A stretch of DNA of 63,560 nucleotides, the filler included, from Anaerolineae bacterium (GTDB lineage Bacteria; Chloroflexota; Anaerolineae; Epilineales; Epilineaceae), in assembly GCA_029262755.1 (NCBI GenBank). It is 8 parts of 8 records of this genome, joined end to end, with 100 filler letters (N's around TTAATTAATTAA, not from the genome) between each part and the next. Parts side by side here need not be neighbours in the genome. Positions count along the whole stretch, not along the records: positions 32,182 to 42,726 come from JAJCYU010000052.1; positions 42,827 to 51,150 come from JAJCYU010000053.1; positions 51,251 to 58,258 come from JAJCYU010000054.1; 5 more parts are not named here. One strand, 5' to 3'. The notes below the pieces were generated by a model that had not been told where the DNA came from, ran no database searches, and saw only the letters and a list, made by a program, of their open reading frames with translations. The translations under genes were made by a program, and so were the position numbers. Below are positions 40,191 to 52,001 of the stretch, one piece after another (the stretch's first letter is position 1; each line of letters opens with the position of its first letter).

Positions 40191-40583
40191 ATGAACCCCA
40201 CGGCCTTGCTTTCGGCCAACGCGCTCTTGGCTGCGGTGCCGATCGCCGCGTTGCTCTGGGTCCGTCGCGGGCAGCCCGAGGATCCGCCGCGCCTCTCGCC
40301 CGGCCGATTCTTCCTTGCCTACGTGCTGCTCTTTAGCGCCCTGCTGGGGCTGACGCGCCTCATGGGCTTGGCCGCGTCGATGTTCGCCGTCGGTTTCTTC
40401 GTCGGGGTGCTCGGTACGGGGCGGTTGATGAAGCCGCTCTATGGCTTGCTGTACGGCCGCCATTGGGTTGCCGCCAACCCGGCCGCCCTCGAGCGCGACG
40501 CGCAGCGCTGGCATCTGCCGATGCTGATCCTCGGCGTGCTCGGCTTCGTCGGGGCGATGATCGCGGCTACGACCCTCGGTTGA
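40191..40583 (+). CDS. Small integral membrane protein
   Basis: About four hydrophobic segments; same strand as neighbours. Confidence 0.65.
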   Translation: MNPTALLSANALLAAVPIAALLWVRRGQPEDPPRLSPGRFFLAYVLLFSALLGLTRLMGLAASMFAVGFFVGVLGTGRLMKPLYGLLYGRHWVAANPAALERDAQRWHLPMLILGVLGFVGAMIAATTLG

Positions 40584-40600
40584 GCGTGACGGACGCGCGC

Positions 40601-40606
40601 TATAAT
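40601..40606 (+). promoter_or_regulatory. Consensus -10 box immediately before a start codon (likely leaderless transcript)
   Basis: TATAAT, 6 nt, then ATG at 40613; no SD sequence. Confidence 0.55.
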
Positions 40607-40612
40607 GCCGCC

Positions 40613-41299
40613 ATGAATCTCATACTAGAGACCTTGGTGGTTCCGCCCTTCGGCGAAAATACCTACTTGATTGGTGATGCGGACGCCGGCGTTGCGATCG
40701 CCGTCGACCCGGGCGGTCGTGCCGACGAGTTGGCAGCCACGGCTGAGCGTCGTGGCGTGCGGATCGAGCACATCATCAACACCCACGCCCACATCGATCA
40801 TGTGAGCGGGGTCGAGGCCCTGCAGGCCCTGACCGGCGCCGACTTCTGGTTGCACCCGGACGCGCGGCCAATGTTGGCCGGCCTCACCGCGCAAGCGCGC
40901 ATGTTCGGACTCCCGGATCTTCAGCCCCCGACCGTGGACCACGAGATCGAGGTCGGGCGCCCGATCGCAGTGGGCGGATTGACCCTCGAGGTGCGGTTCA
41001 CACCCGGGCATGCCCCAGGGCATGTCACGTTCGTGACACCCGCGGTCGAATATGAAGGCGTGGTGCGCCCGCTGGCGCTCTGCGGCGACGTCATCTTCCG
41101 CGGATCGATCGGTCGGACGGATCTGCCAGGCGGTGATACCCGCACGCTGATGGAATCCATCGAGCGCGAGATCCTGAGCCTTTCCGATGACACGGTGCTG
41201 CTCTCCGGCCACGGGCCGGCGACGTCCGTGGGTCTCGAACGCACCGGCAATCCCTTCGTCCTTGACTGGCTATCCCGATCTTCGCGGCACGGCGCATGA
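40613..41299 (+). CDS. MBL-fold metallo-hydrolase (glyoxalase II-like)
   Basis: THAHIDH, TPGHAPG, GDVIFRGSIGRTDLPGG, SGHGP. Confidence 0.92.
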   Translation: MNLILETLVVPPFGENTYLIGDADAGVAIAVDPGGRADELAATAERRGVRIEHIINTHAHIDHVSGVEALQALTGADFWLHPDARPMLAGLTAQARMFGLPDLQPPTVDHEIEVGRPIAVGGLTLEVRFTPGHAPGHVTFVTPAVEYEGVVRPLALCGDVIFRGSIGRTDLPGGDTRTLMESIEREILSLSDDTVLLSGHGPATSVGLERTGNPFVLDWLSRSSRHGA

Positions 41300-42726
41300 A
41301 CCGCCCCGCGCGCGCATCGCAGGACGGGGCGGATTCTGCGTTCGTGACGCGGCTACACGCTGCTCCGGTTACGGCGGACGGGGCCATGGGCACGCAGCTC
41401 TATGCGCTGGGCGTGGAGTTCGATCGTTGCTTCGACGCGCTAAACATCAACGATCCGGCCTTGGTGCACCGTGTTCACGCGGACTACCTCGCTGCAGGGG
41501 CCGAGATGCTCGAGACGAATACCTTCGGCGCGAACGCGATCCGGCTTGCGGCCCACGGGCTCGCCGATCAGGCGCATGCGATCAACGTGGCGGGCGCCCG
41601 GATCGCGCGGGAGGTTGCCGACGCAGCGGGCGATGCCGGCGAGGGCGGGCGCCGCGTCTGGGTGGCCGGCAGCGTTGGACCCGTCGGCGCGACGTTGGCA
41701 CCGGTGGGCGTGCTACCCCGGGACGAAGCGCAGGCGGCCTTTGCCGATCAAATCGCGGGCTTGGTCGAAGGCGGCGTGGACTTGATCCTGATCGAGACCA
41801 TGACCGATCTCGGCGAAGCGCGAATAGCGTTGGCTGCGGCCCGTTCGGTGTGTAATCTGCCGACCATCGTGCTGACCACGTTCAACGAGGAGGGCGTGAC
41901 GGCGAGCGGACATACGCCGGAGGAAGTCGTCGCTGCCCTCGAAGCAGACGGCGCGGACGTCGTGGGCGCGAACTGTTGTACGGGGCCCGGCCCGATGCTG
42001 GCCGTCGTGCGGCGGATGGTCGCGGTTGCGACCGTGCCCGTGGCGGCGATGCCCAACGCGGGATTGCCGCACGTGGAAGGCGATCGCTTCCTCTACACCG
42101 CATCGCCGACGTGGCTGGCCGAGCGCGCCGCGCGCATGGTCGCGGCGGGTGTGCGATTGGTGGGCGGTTGTTGCGGTACGTCGCCCGAGCACATCGCGGC
42201 GCTTGCGGAGACGCTCGCCGCCACACAAGGTGCGCCGGCACCACCGGTCTATGCGCGCCCCGAAGCCGGCGCCCCCGGCAGCCGACCGGCGCGCTTGCTC
42301 GGTGACACCGTGCTCGCACAGCACCTGGCGGCCGCCGCATTCCCGATCGTGGTTCGGGTCGACCCGCCCCGCGGATTCAACACGTCGCGCCTCCTGCCGC
42401 CGCTGCGTACGATGGCGGACGAAGGCCAGGCGCTCGCGTTCGCCGTCGCAGACAGCCCCCGTGCAGAGGCCCGCATGAGCGCGCTGGCCGCCAGCGCCCT
42501 CCTACGCGGTCAGCTCGGCGTGGAAGCGTTGTTGCATGTGGGTTGCAGGTACCGCAACAGGGTCGCGACATTGAGCGAACTGCTCGGTGCTCATGCGCTC
42601 GGCGTTCGAGATCTGGTGGTCGAGGCAGGGGACCTGCCGGCGCGAGGCGAGTACCCGGATGCCACCGTTGTACGCGACGTCACCGAAGAGGGCTTGCTCC
42701 GCCTGCTCGACGGCTACAACCATGGC
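41296..42726 (+). CDS. Bifunctional homocysteine S-methyltransferase / methylenetetrahydrofolate reductase (YitJ-like), 3' truncated
   Basis: DGAMGT, ETNTFGAN, GANC, PNAG.P, GGCCGT.P.HI, then MTHFR-like DPPRG and ADSP.A..RMS. Confidence 0.88.
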
Positions 42727-42826
42727 NNNNNNNNNNNNNNNNNNNNNNNNNNNNNNNNNNNNNNNNNNNNTTAATTAATTAANNNNNNNNNNNNNNNNNN
42801 NNNNNNNNNNNNNNNNNNNNNNNNNN

Positions 42827-45800
42827 GCTGCGCGCGATCCCCGCGCCCCAGGTCCTGTCCCGGTCGAAAGGGCGTCGGCGTTGCTGCGACCTCGCATAGA
42901 GGCTCCGCCGGCCTACGAGCAAGGGGAAACCGTTGATCCTGCTGAGCGCGAGCACGATCGCTTCGCGGCGCGTGCGTTAGGGATTCCACCCACCACCGTG
43001 GATCCACGTATCGCGCGCTGGCACGCACTCCAACGACGAGGTCGCAACCAGTTAGCTCCGCTCGAAGCCCTCGTCGAAGCGCAGCGGCGTGCGGGGCACG
43101 TGGTCGAGAGCGAAGCGTTCCCCATCGCCGGCGTATTGTGGGTGCGTGCAACGCGCGACGTTCTCGATCATCTGGCCGCGCAGGGGGTCGTGTTGGAGCG
43201 CCTACCCGTTCGGCGCCATACGCTTGCTCCGACTACCTACCCCGACGAGCCACCGTTCGGCGGTGGCCGGGGATACCCCTCGTCCGTCCTTCTCGGGGAT
43301 GCCCCTGCGGCGGCCGCCATCGAAGCGCTCATCCCGGATCCCTCCGCACGCCAGCGCCTTGATCTCACCGATGCTCCCGGCGCATGGACCTCCGGTGCGG
43401 ACGGCAGTGGTGCGGTGGTCGCCATCATCGACTCTGGTGTCGACTCGGCGCACCCCGCCTTGCGTGCAGGCTACGTCGGGCGTGACGGGTCCCATGACTA
43501 CGCGTGGCTCGACGTCGCGTTGGACGGTGGCGGTCCGCCCCTTCGCGCACCGGCGGATCCGCTTGGACACGGAACGCATGTGACCTCGCTTGCCGTCGGG
43601 CGCACAGCGGACGCCGCGATTGGCGTTGCGCCCGGAGCGCGGTGGATGGCCGTGCGTGCCTTTGATGCGCAGGGGGCCGCGACCGATCGTGGCCTATTGC
43701 GCGCTGGAGAGTGGCTCCTTGCCCCCACGAACGTCGCCGGCGATGCGCCCCGGCCCGATCTGGCGCCGGACGTCGTCAACGCGTCTTGGACACTGGAGAA
43801 CCCGGCCGATCCCCTGTTCGAACCCATTCTTGCCGCCTGGCGCGATGCCGGTATCACGGCCGTATTTGCGGCCGGCAACGATGAAGACGGGACGGGCAGC
43901 TACGCCACCGTGCGCGCCCCCGGCGCGTCTGCGTTGGCGCTCTCCGTTGGGGCCGTCTACGACGACGGCGGCATCTGGCCCCTCTCGCGCGGTGGTCCCG
44001 CGTGGGACGGGCGCACGGAACCGGATCTGACTGCGCCGGGGGTCGGCGCATACGGGGCGGAGCCGGGTGGTACGGAGAAGGACGGACGCTACGGCCGACG
44101 CAGCGGCACGAGCATGGCGGCGCCCCACGTTGCCGGCGCTGCCGCGGTCGTTCGCGCACAGCTGCCGGCGGACTGGCCGCTGGCGGTGGCAGCCGTCGAA
44201 ACCGCCCTGCGCGCCTCCGCAGCGGATCGAGGCGCGCCCGGACCGGATGGGCGCTACGGCGCGGGTATCGTGCAGGCCGGCGCCGCGGCGGGTATCGCCC
44301 GTAGCATGGCCGCGGTGGTGGGCACGGTACGCGGTCCGCAAGGACCCTTGGCCGGCGCACGAGTGCAGGTCGCGTCGATGGTCGCGGGCGACGAGGCACC
44401 CGCCTGGAGCGTCGCGCTAAGCGACGAGCAGGGCGGGTTCCGGGTTCTCGTACCGGCCGGGACGTGGTCGGTGGCGGCACGCTACGCAGGACTCGAAGGT
44501 AAGCCGCGCACCGTATCACCCCGTGCTGGCGAACAGGTCGCGCTCGATTTGACCTGGCGGCCGGCGGCGCCGGGCTGGGTGACCGGAACGACACACGGTG
44601 CGTTGGATGGTGACCCCGTGCCGGCGAACGTCCGGCTCGCCACGGGAACCGCAATGGAGGTAGTCCCGGGTGAGGGCGGGTTCTTTAGCGGCACGGATCC
44701 GCTTGCCCCACTGGGTGCGGCGTCTGAGACGTTTCAGCTGACCCTGCCGCCGGGTGAGCATGTGCTGCGCTTCGCGGCCTCCGGGCGCCGCTCCGTGACG
44801 CGTACGGTGCGGGTCGACGCCGGTCTTACGCAGACGCTCAACGTGCCGATGCCCCACGCGCCGCGCGTGCTTGTGGTCGATGCGGATGCCTGGCAGGGTG
44901 AGCGAATTGCACCGTACTTGGTCGGTCCGATGGCAGCGGCGGGCCTTGCGACGACCGTACAGAGCATCGACGACCTGGAGGGTGACCTACCTGATGCCGC
45001 GGCGTTGTCGTCCTTTGAAGTAGTCGTGTGGGCCCACCTGTTCGGCTCGCCCGGCCGTCTCAACCAGCGCGTCGGCGATACGCGGGTCACCGACGGGCTG
45101 GCCGCCTATGTCGCCTCCGGCGGCCGACTGCTTGCCACCGGCCAGGACATCGCCCGGTGGGACGCCGGTGAGGGACTCGCCAACGCACGGTTGGCTCCCG
45201 ACTTCTTCGCTTCCGTCTTCGGTGCTGGTCTGATTGCGGCCAATGCCGGGGGGCGCCGTGCAATGCCGTCGGCCGATCTCGGCGGTACGGCGCTCGATCT
45301 CGCGTGGCCAAGTGCCCGGCTCAAGGCGTCGCGCTTCGCCCCCGACGTGCTCGGAGCCCTACCAGAGGGCGCAGAAGACGAACGCGACGCGACAGCCACG
45401 GTGTTGATGACCTACCCGAACCTGTCCGTGGCGGGTCTCGGGCGTTCCGGGTCGGCGGGGCGACGTGCGCTGCTGGCCTTCGGTCCGGAGAGCGCCGGCC
45501 CTTCCTTGGCTGTAGGCCGTCAACTCGAGCGCCTCGTTCGATGGCTGGAACCGCCTCGGTTGCGGCTCGACGTCTCGGATCCGCCCCGTACCGCCCGACG
45601 CGGAGAGCGCGTGACGCGCGAGATTCTCGTGCTCGCCGGCGGCGATACGGGTCTGGTCGGGATCCAGGTGTCTGCGGCGCCGCAGCTCTTGTTCGAAGCC
45701 GCGCCCGGCTTCGAGACGCGGGACGGCGTCACTCGTTGGCGGTCCGTGCCCGCTGCGGGCGGTGTCACGCGGTTGCCGGTAGCCTGGACGGTGCAGCCGG

Positions 45801-48277
45801 CTGCAGCCGGCGGCGACCATCCCATCACGATCACGATGAGCGCATCTGCATTTCGGTCGACGATCGTGGTCCCTGTGTCGGTCGACGCGCCCGACCTTGG
45901 GCCTTCACGAGTACGGATGATCCCTGGCCGGCCGTCGCGTCCCGGACCGGTGACCGTCACGCTGCAGGTCGTCAATCGCGGACCGCGCGATGCAGCGGAC
46001 GTGATGGCAGACGTCCGCATGCCGTCCGGATGGACGGCGCGCAGCGAAGTCCTTTCGACATCCTCCGGCCAGGTCGAATGGTCGGGCGAGCGGGGCCTGA
46101 CGTGGCGCGGCGCCGTTCCATCGGGCGACGCGATCATGATCCGCGCCGGCGGAGATCTGGCCGGCCAGGCGACCGGGGTGCGACTCGAAGCCCGAGCGCT
46201 CATCACGGAGGTCGGGGGAGCGGCATGGGTCCGCACGGGCGGCGTGCTCTACGCGGGTCCGGATCTGACGTTCGACGGGGACGTCGAGCGACCCGGCACC
46301 GTGCTCGCCGGTTCACCTTTCGATGTGGTGGCGGGGCTACGCAACAACGGAGCCTTGCCGGCGTCGGCACGCGTGTTTCTCCACCTCCCACCGGGCATCG
46401 AGCTCGATCCGGAGGCGGACGAAGCCGTCGGGGGCGAAGCGACGATCCTAGAACGCGACATAACGCTCCAGCCGGGAGCAGGCGCGCGGCCCCAATTCGC
46501 GCTGCGCGTGCGACCGGACGCGGTCTCCGGCCCGCGCACGCTTCAGATCGTCGCGTCCGACGGGCAGACGCCGACCGCGCCGGTTACCCGCAGCTTCGAA
46601 GTCACCATCCACCGCAGCGACCTGAGCCCGTCGCGACTGTTGATCTCGCCGGACCGCACGCGCTCCGGGGACCGAGTTTCCGTGACCTTGCTGGTCGCAA
46701 ACGCGGGGGTTACGCGTGTCGATCCCAAGGTCGTGTTCGCCCTGCCGCCCGGGCTGACGGTCGAGCCCGGAAGCCTGCGGGCCACCCGTGGAGCGCCGGA
46801 GTCCGAGCCGGGCGTGCTGCGCTGGAGCCCGAAGCTGCGCGCCGCGACCCAAGGACATGCCGCGGTCGATCTCGGGCCGGCCCGGCTACCGGCGGCGCCG
46901 GCGCCCGCACCGTCCGCAGGCAGCGACGGCGTGCGCGGCCCGCTGGCGCTCGGATTCTCCTTTCCCTTTGGTCGTGAGGTCTACACCCAGGCATGGATCA
47001 CCGACGACGGCTTGCTCGCCTTCGCCCCGCCGCGTATCGAACGACCGGCCCTCGGCCCTCATTCGGCCGGCGTGCCGGCCATCATGCCTGCCTGGCGCCC
47101 GGCAACGGGTACGCCGCGCACACCCCCTCGCGTGGCATCCGCAACCGGCGTTTGGACCGCGCTTTGGCCGGCCGGCGCCGGCGGTGAGGAGGGGGTCGCC
47201 ATCACCCTGGAAGCGGACGGCGCGATGAGCCTGTCGATCGGATCCGCCGCCGATCTCTCCGACGCGATCGTCGGTCTAGCGACCGCGGACGGCGAGACCA
47301 TGGAGGTTGCGCCCGCCGATCGCGTTCCTGGGCGGAAGCTGGGCGTCGCTCCACGTCTGGATTGGGCGCGATTGTCGTTCCTAGGACGGATCGGCAACAC
47401 GGTGGGCGCCAACGTATTCTTGGAATCACGCGTGCAGGTGGGCTCGGGTCCCGCGGCGGCTTCCGTCATTCACTCGTTGGGTGTGAATCGCGTTGAGCTT
47501 ACGCAGTCGGACCTTCGTGCAGAGCCGATGCGGGTCACTCCGGGCGCCGTGAGCACCCTTCATTTTCGGCTACGGGCACGCGGTGAGGCCGCCGCTCGGG
47601 ATGTACGCGTCCGTGTGTACCTGCCGGAGGCACTCACGGTGATCGCCTCCAGCCTCGCCGCGGATTGGGTGCTGCAAGACGGCGGCCGCTCCCTGATGTG
47701 GCGTGGCACCGCGCCCGCGGATTCAACACAGGACCTGACGTGGCAGGTGCGTGTCGCATCGGGCGTAGCCCCCGGCACGGTACTGCCCGTCGTCGTCCAG
47801 CTGGAGGCCGATGGCGTCCCGATACTCCGTCGGCGCGCCGCGTTGGGCTCGCACGTTGCTCCCCGTGCCCGGTTTGCGAAGCTGGCGCAGCGGCCGGCGG
47901 CCCTGCCGGGAGAGGCCGTGCCCTTTTTGCTTCGCTGGACCAACGAGCTCGAGCGCGCCCAAACGGTACGGGTGACGGATTTGCTACCGGCGGGCTTGCG
48001 CCTGGTTACCGGCAGCGTGCAGACCTCTGTCTCTCCGGAGCCCACTTGGGACGCGGCATCGAAGATGCTTGCGTGGAGCGGCGTCGTGCCCGCCGGCGCC
48101 ACCGTGGAGCTGCGCTACACAACCCTCTTTGAGGCGGCTGCGGGTGAGCACGTGGTCAATACGGCGATCGCGTCCGCGGAGGACGGAGGCTCCCTCGAGG
48201 CGACAGCCGTGGTGATCGGTGCGTTGGGGCGATTGTTCCTGCCCATCGCCCAGCAAGTACGAACGAGCGGTCCGTGA
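42827..48277 (+). CDS. Large S8 serine peptidase with carboxypeptidase-regulatory-like and DUF11-like domains, probably 5' truncated
   Basis: Intact triad IDSGVD, GHGTHV, GTSMAAPHV and AAGN; C-terminal RLFLP tag. Confidence 0.9.
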   Translation, partial: AARDPRAPGPVPVERASALLRPRIEAPPAYEQGETVDPAEREHDRFAARALGIPPTTVDPRIARWHALQRRGRNQLAPLEALVEAQRRAGHVVESEAFPIAGVLWVRATRDVLDHLAAQGVVLERLPVRRHTLAPTTYPDEPPFGGGRGYPSSVLLGDAPAAAAIEALIPDPSARQRLDLTDAPGAWTSGADGSGAVVAIIDSGVDSAHPALRAGYVGRDGSHDYAWLDVALDGGGPPLRAPADPLGHGTHVTSLAVGRTADAAIGVAPGARWMAVRAFDAQGAATDRGLLRAGEWLLAPTNVAGDAPRPDLAPDVVNASWTLENPADPLFEPILAAWRDAGITAVFAAGNDEDGTGSYATVRAPGASALALSVGAVYDDGGIWPLSRGGPAWDGRTEPDLTAPGVGAYGAEPGGTEKDGRYGRRSGTSMAAPHVAGAAAVVRAQLPADWPLAVAAVETALRASAADRGAPGPDGRYGAGIVQAGAAAGIARSMAAVVGTVRGPQGPLAGARVQVASMVAGDEAPAWSVALSDEQGGFRVLVPAGTWSVAARYAGLEGKPRTVSPRAGEQVALDLTWRPAAPGWVTGTTHGALDGDPVPANVRLATGTAMEVVPGEGGFFSGTDPLAPLGAASETFQLTLPPGEHVLRFAASGRRSVTRTVRVDAGLTQTLNVPMPHAPRVLVVDADAWQGERIAPYLVGPMAAAGLATTVQSIDDLEGDLPDAAALSSFEVVVWAHLFGSPGRLNQRVGDTRVTDGLAAYVASGGRLLATGQDIARWDAGEGLANARLAPDFFASVFGAGLIAANAGGRRAMPSADLGGTALDLAWPSARLKASRFAPDVLGALPEGAEDERDATATVLMTYPNLSVAGLGRSGSAGRRALLAFGPESAGPSLAVGRQLERLVRWLEPPRLRLDVSDPPRTARRGERVTREILVLAGGDTGLVGIQVSAAPQLLFEAAPGFETRDGVTRWRSVPAAGGVTRLPVAWTVQPAAAGGDHPITITMSASAFRSTIVVPVSVDAPDLGPSRVRMIPGRPSRPGPVTVTLQVVNRGPRDAADVMADVRMPSGWTARSEVLSTSSGQVEWSGERGLTWRGAVPSGDAIMIRAGGDLAGQATGVRLEARALITEVGGAAWVRTGGVLYAGPDLTFDGDVERPGTVLAGSPFDVVAGLRNNGALPASARVFLHLPPGIELDPEADEAVGGEATILERDITLQPGAGARPQFALRVRPDAVSGPRTLQIVASDGQTPTAPVTRSFEVTIHRSDLSPSRLLISPDRTRSGDRVSVTLLVANAGVTRVDPKVVFALPPGLTVEPGSLRATRGAPESEPGVLRWSPKLRAATQGHAAVDLGPARLPAAPAPAPSAGSDGVRGPLALGFSFPFGREVYTQAWITDDGLLAFAPPRIERPALGPHSAGVPAIMPAWRPATGTPRTPPRVASATGVWTALWPAGAGGEEGVAITLEADGAMSLSIGSAADLSDAIVGLATADGETMEVAPADRVPGRKLGVAPRLDWARLSFLGRIGNTVGANVFLESRVQVGSGPAAASVIHSLGVNRVELTQSDLRAEPMRVTPGAVSTLHFRLRARGEAAARDVRVRVYLPEALTVIASSLAADWVLQDGGRSLMWRGTAPADSTQDLTWQVRVASGVAPGTVLPVVVQLEADGVPILRRRAALGSHVAPRARFAKLAQRPAALPGEAVPFLLRWTNELERAQTVRVTDLLPAGLRLVTGSVQTSVSPEPTWDAASKMLAWSGVVPAGATVELRYTTLFEAAAGEHVVNTAIASAEDGGSLEATAVVIGALGRLFLPIAQQVRTSGP

Positions 48278-48735
48278 GATCCGGGTTCGCATGACGCACC
48301 AACACGCCGATTTTGAGAGCAAGGACAGGGGGGCATCCCTTCGCCATCCCTGCGTTGCCCGCCACGAGGTTGCGCGCCGGGCCGTAACGTCGCTGCCCCA
48401 GGAAGCGTCTCAGGTTCCGTGCGATCGGAGCAATCAACCGTGCGGTCGCACCGTCAGGACGGTAGCGCTGCCGCCTGACCTCCTTCGTAGCGGCCGATCG
48501 CATCGTCGGCGGCTGCGCACTTGCTGCGCGAACCCGATTCTGGACACGCGAAACGCGCCGATGCGGTCGCCTGCGCTCTACGGGTTCGGTCTCATGCATG
48601 CTCTTCACGGCGTCGCGTCCGCGCGACCTCGCAATCCGATGAATCAACGTCTCACAATTGCGTCGTCCCCTTGATCGCGGCGCACCACCGGGAGAGATGT
48701 CGACGGTGCATCGTCGAACGACAGGGCAATACCCC

Positions 48736-51150
48736 ATGAACTTGATGCGGCGCTGCGTGCGAGCTTCGTTCGCGGTCGCCGCCGCCGTCGCGGTCCTCGC
48801 GGTGGCCGCTGCGCCGGCGCTCGCGTTGCGCGCGGCCCGAGCCCAGGACGGCCCGACCTCGGGAGCGGCCGCGGCGGACACAGGCGAGCCCGCAGCCATG
48901 ACGATGACGCTCCGTGCCCGCGCCCCGATCGCCGGGGGCGCAGTCGGTCTCTCCGCCTGGGTGCGCGACGCCGAGGGGGCGTTCGTGACGGACGGCGTCC
49001 CCGTGGCCTGGCTTAGCTCGCTCGGTGCCGTCGAGCCGGTGACGTCGACGACCCGCGGCGGTGAGGCGCGCAGCATCTGGCGCTCCACCGTGGCTGGAAG
49101 GGGCTATGTCACGGCTGTGGTTAGCGGGTTGATCGCATCCGCGAACCTGAACTGGTCGCCCGGTCCACCTGCGCAACTGGCGTTTTCCGCACCGGCAAGG
49201 ATGGGCGTCGGTGGACGTGGTGCGTTGCGCGCCGAAGTCAGGGATGCGTACGGAAACGCGGTCTCGGACGGCGTTCGCGTCGCGTTCATCGGGAATGGTG
49301 GTCGCGCAGAGCCCGCCATCGCGTTCGTATCATCCGGGGTGGCGACCAGTACCTGGCTGGCCGGCGCCGTTCCCGGCACATTCAACGTGCGGGCCACCGT
49401 CGCGGAGGGCGCGGACGGTGGACCCGCCGCGCAGGCCGCGATCTCCTTGGAACCAGCCGATCTCGGACTGTCCAGCGTGCTCTCGACGCACGCAGGACCG
49501 ATTCCCGAAGCGCAGGCCCATCCGGGGGATCCCCTCACGTGGACGCTGCGCGTGGTCAATGAGGGGCTGGCCACCGCACGCGACGCAGAATTGGAGATCC
49601 GGTTGCCGAGCGAGCTGCTCCCACCCGTGCTTCGCGCGTCGGCGGCCGTGACCGATCGAGCTTCGGGTCCCACCGCGGCGTGGCTACTCCCGGACCTCGA
49701 ACCGGGCAGCGCGCTGACCGTGACGCTCGCGACCGGCACGCGGCGCGACGATCCTTGGGGCGGCGCCGACCTACTCTTCCTTCAGGCGGCACTGACCACG
49801 ACCACGGCCGAAGCGAGCCCTTTCGACCTGCGTCGCACGGACCAAGTACGAATACACGCCGCCGATCTCTTTGCATCCGCAACATTGGACGTCGCCCGCA
49901 GCTCCTTACGTCCAGGCGGCAGCCTCGTATACGACCTGGCCGTCGGCAACGATCAGCCTCAAACCAGGGTTGTGGGCGCTCGAATCACCGACACACTGCC
50001 CCCCGGCACGTACTTCGACCACTGGGAAGCTCAGGCGGGAACCGTCTTGACCGAGACCGTGCCCTTCTCGCCGGACGATACGGAGCTGGTCTGGCACGTG
50101 CTGGGAGCGATGCCTCCCGCGGGCGGCTTGCGCCTGTGGTTGCGTATCGATGACGATGTGCGGCCGCAGACCGTCTTGCGCAACCGCGTACGGGTCGGGT
50201 CGCCGGTCTTGGATGTGCGCTCGTCCAATGACAGCCGGCAGGACGATGGTGCGTGGATCGCAGGGGTTGACCTGCAGCTCGCCTTCGATGCGCCATCGGA
50301 AGGCCTGCGAGGCGAGGCGCTGCGCTACGTGCTGCGAACACGTAACGCGGCGCTGCGCGACGACGCAACGAACGTGTTCGTCGATGTCGTGCTCGCGCCG
50401 GGCGCCGTGCTGACGTCCGTGGAAGGCCCCGGTGAGCCGATCGGCGATGGTCGCCTTCGTTGGCGGCTGGAGAGCCTTGGGCCGGGCGCCGAGCGCGAGG
50501 TCGCCTTCACCGCAAGCCTGCCCGAGGATGCGGTGCCCGGCGAGAGTTTCTCGTTTGTGGGCGTCGTCGGCGCGGACGAACCCGAGAGCAACGCGGCGGA
50601 CAACCGCGTCGTGGCAACGACCATCATGCGTGCTGGTCCACCCGCGAGCCTCCGTATCGGCGCATTGCGTACGAGCCTCGACGTCTGCGCACGCCAGGCC
50701 ACGATGCTCAGCGCCCTCGTACAGGACGCGGACGGTTTGGCGGTCTCGGATGGGACGCAGGTGAGCTGGACGGTGGACCGCGGCGGTTTCGGTCCCGGCG
50801 AGATGCCTGCCGTCACTGGGATCACGACCACGACCACGGCCGGCACGACGGAGCTGCGCTTCGTGGCGCATGGCGCACCCGGCGCGGCAACCGTCGTCGC
50901 GTCCGCCGTCGATGCGCGAGCCGAGCAGCGCCTCACGCTCGTGCCGGGTCAGCCTTCCGTTCTTTCGACGTCGGCGCATCCCATGGTCGCGCCGCCTGGA
51001 TCGCGCAGCCGCATCGTGGTCGAGGTGCTGGACGCCTGCGCCCGTCCGGTCGCAGACGACACATCGATCACCCTGCGTGCGGAACGTGGTCGCTTTGTCG
51101 GCACCGGGCCGTCCGGTAGCGAGGTCGTGCTCGCCACGCTGGCCGGGCGG
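48736..51150 (+). CDS. Secreted Ig-like (Big/invasin-type) and DUF11 repeat protein, 3' truncated
   Basis: Signal peptide; repeated V.DA.G..V.DG..V units; ADL..PG..L.Y.L.V.N and ITDTLP.G. Confidence 0.75.
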
Positions 51151-51250
51151 NNNNNNNNNNNNNNNNNNNNNNNNNNNNNNNNNNNNNNNNNNNNTTAATT
51201 AATTAANNNNNNNNNNNNNNNNNNNNNNNNNNNNNNNNNNNNNNNNNNNN

Positions 51251-51744
51251 CGGTCGAGATCGGCGGCTTCCAATCGCTCTATACGTGGCGCAATCCACCG
51301 CCGAGCTTGCTCGAGGCCGAGATCGCGCCGCAGGCGGACTTCGTGCTCTCTTTCGCCGGGCTCGCGCCGCGGATCGCCGAGCGACGCGTCGAGGTCACCG
51401 CGCTGGGCGACGACACGTGGCGGATCGTGGCCGTGGTGGAGAATCGCGGCTTCCTGGCAAGCAGCGGTTCGCATCGGGCACGCGAGGCCGGGCTGGCGCG
51501 GCCGGTGCGCCTGGAGCTGGACCTGCCGGACGGCGTGACGCTCGTGGGCGGCACGGCGCGGGTAGACGTCGGACATCTGGAGGGCCGCAGCAACAAGATG
51601 GCGGGCGGCTGGTTCTCGTCCTCTGCCACAGACAACCGCGGCAAGGCCGAATGGCTGGTGCGCGGTGCGGCGGGCGCGACGCTGACCTTGCACGTCGACG
51701 GGCAGCGCGGTGGGCGCTTCGAGCGCGTAATCGAGCTTGCGTAG
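51251..51744 (+). CDS. C-terminal fragment of a probable M14-family metallopeptidase
   Basis: VEIGGF...YTWRNPP..LL..E and VENRGFL motifs; catalytic part not present. Confidence 0.55.
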
Positions 51745-52001
51745 ACCGGTGTGGAGCGTGCTCGCGTGATGGACGGGCGCGCTAGACGCGTCGCGCGTTC
51801 CCGGGCCGCTTGAACAGGGGGCGAGCGTAACCCGGTGGGGTCGAACGAGACTATGAAGTGTTCGTGCAACGTGGGCTACGCCACGTTGCCTTCGTCGATC
51901 GCTACGATGTCCATGTTGAACGTCGCCGGCGCAGGTGGTGAACGCCACTCACGTCGTCCCACGCCCCCCCGGCACCCCCCGCATTTACTAGGAGATCGCC
52001 C

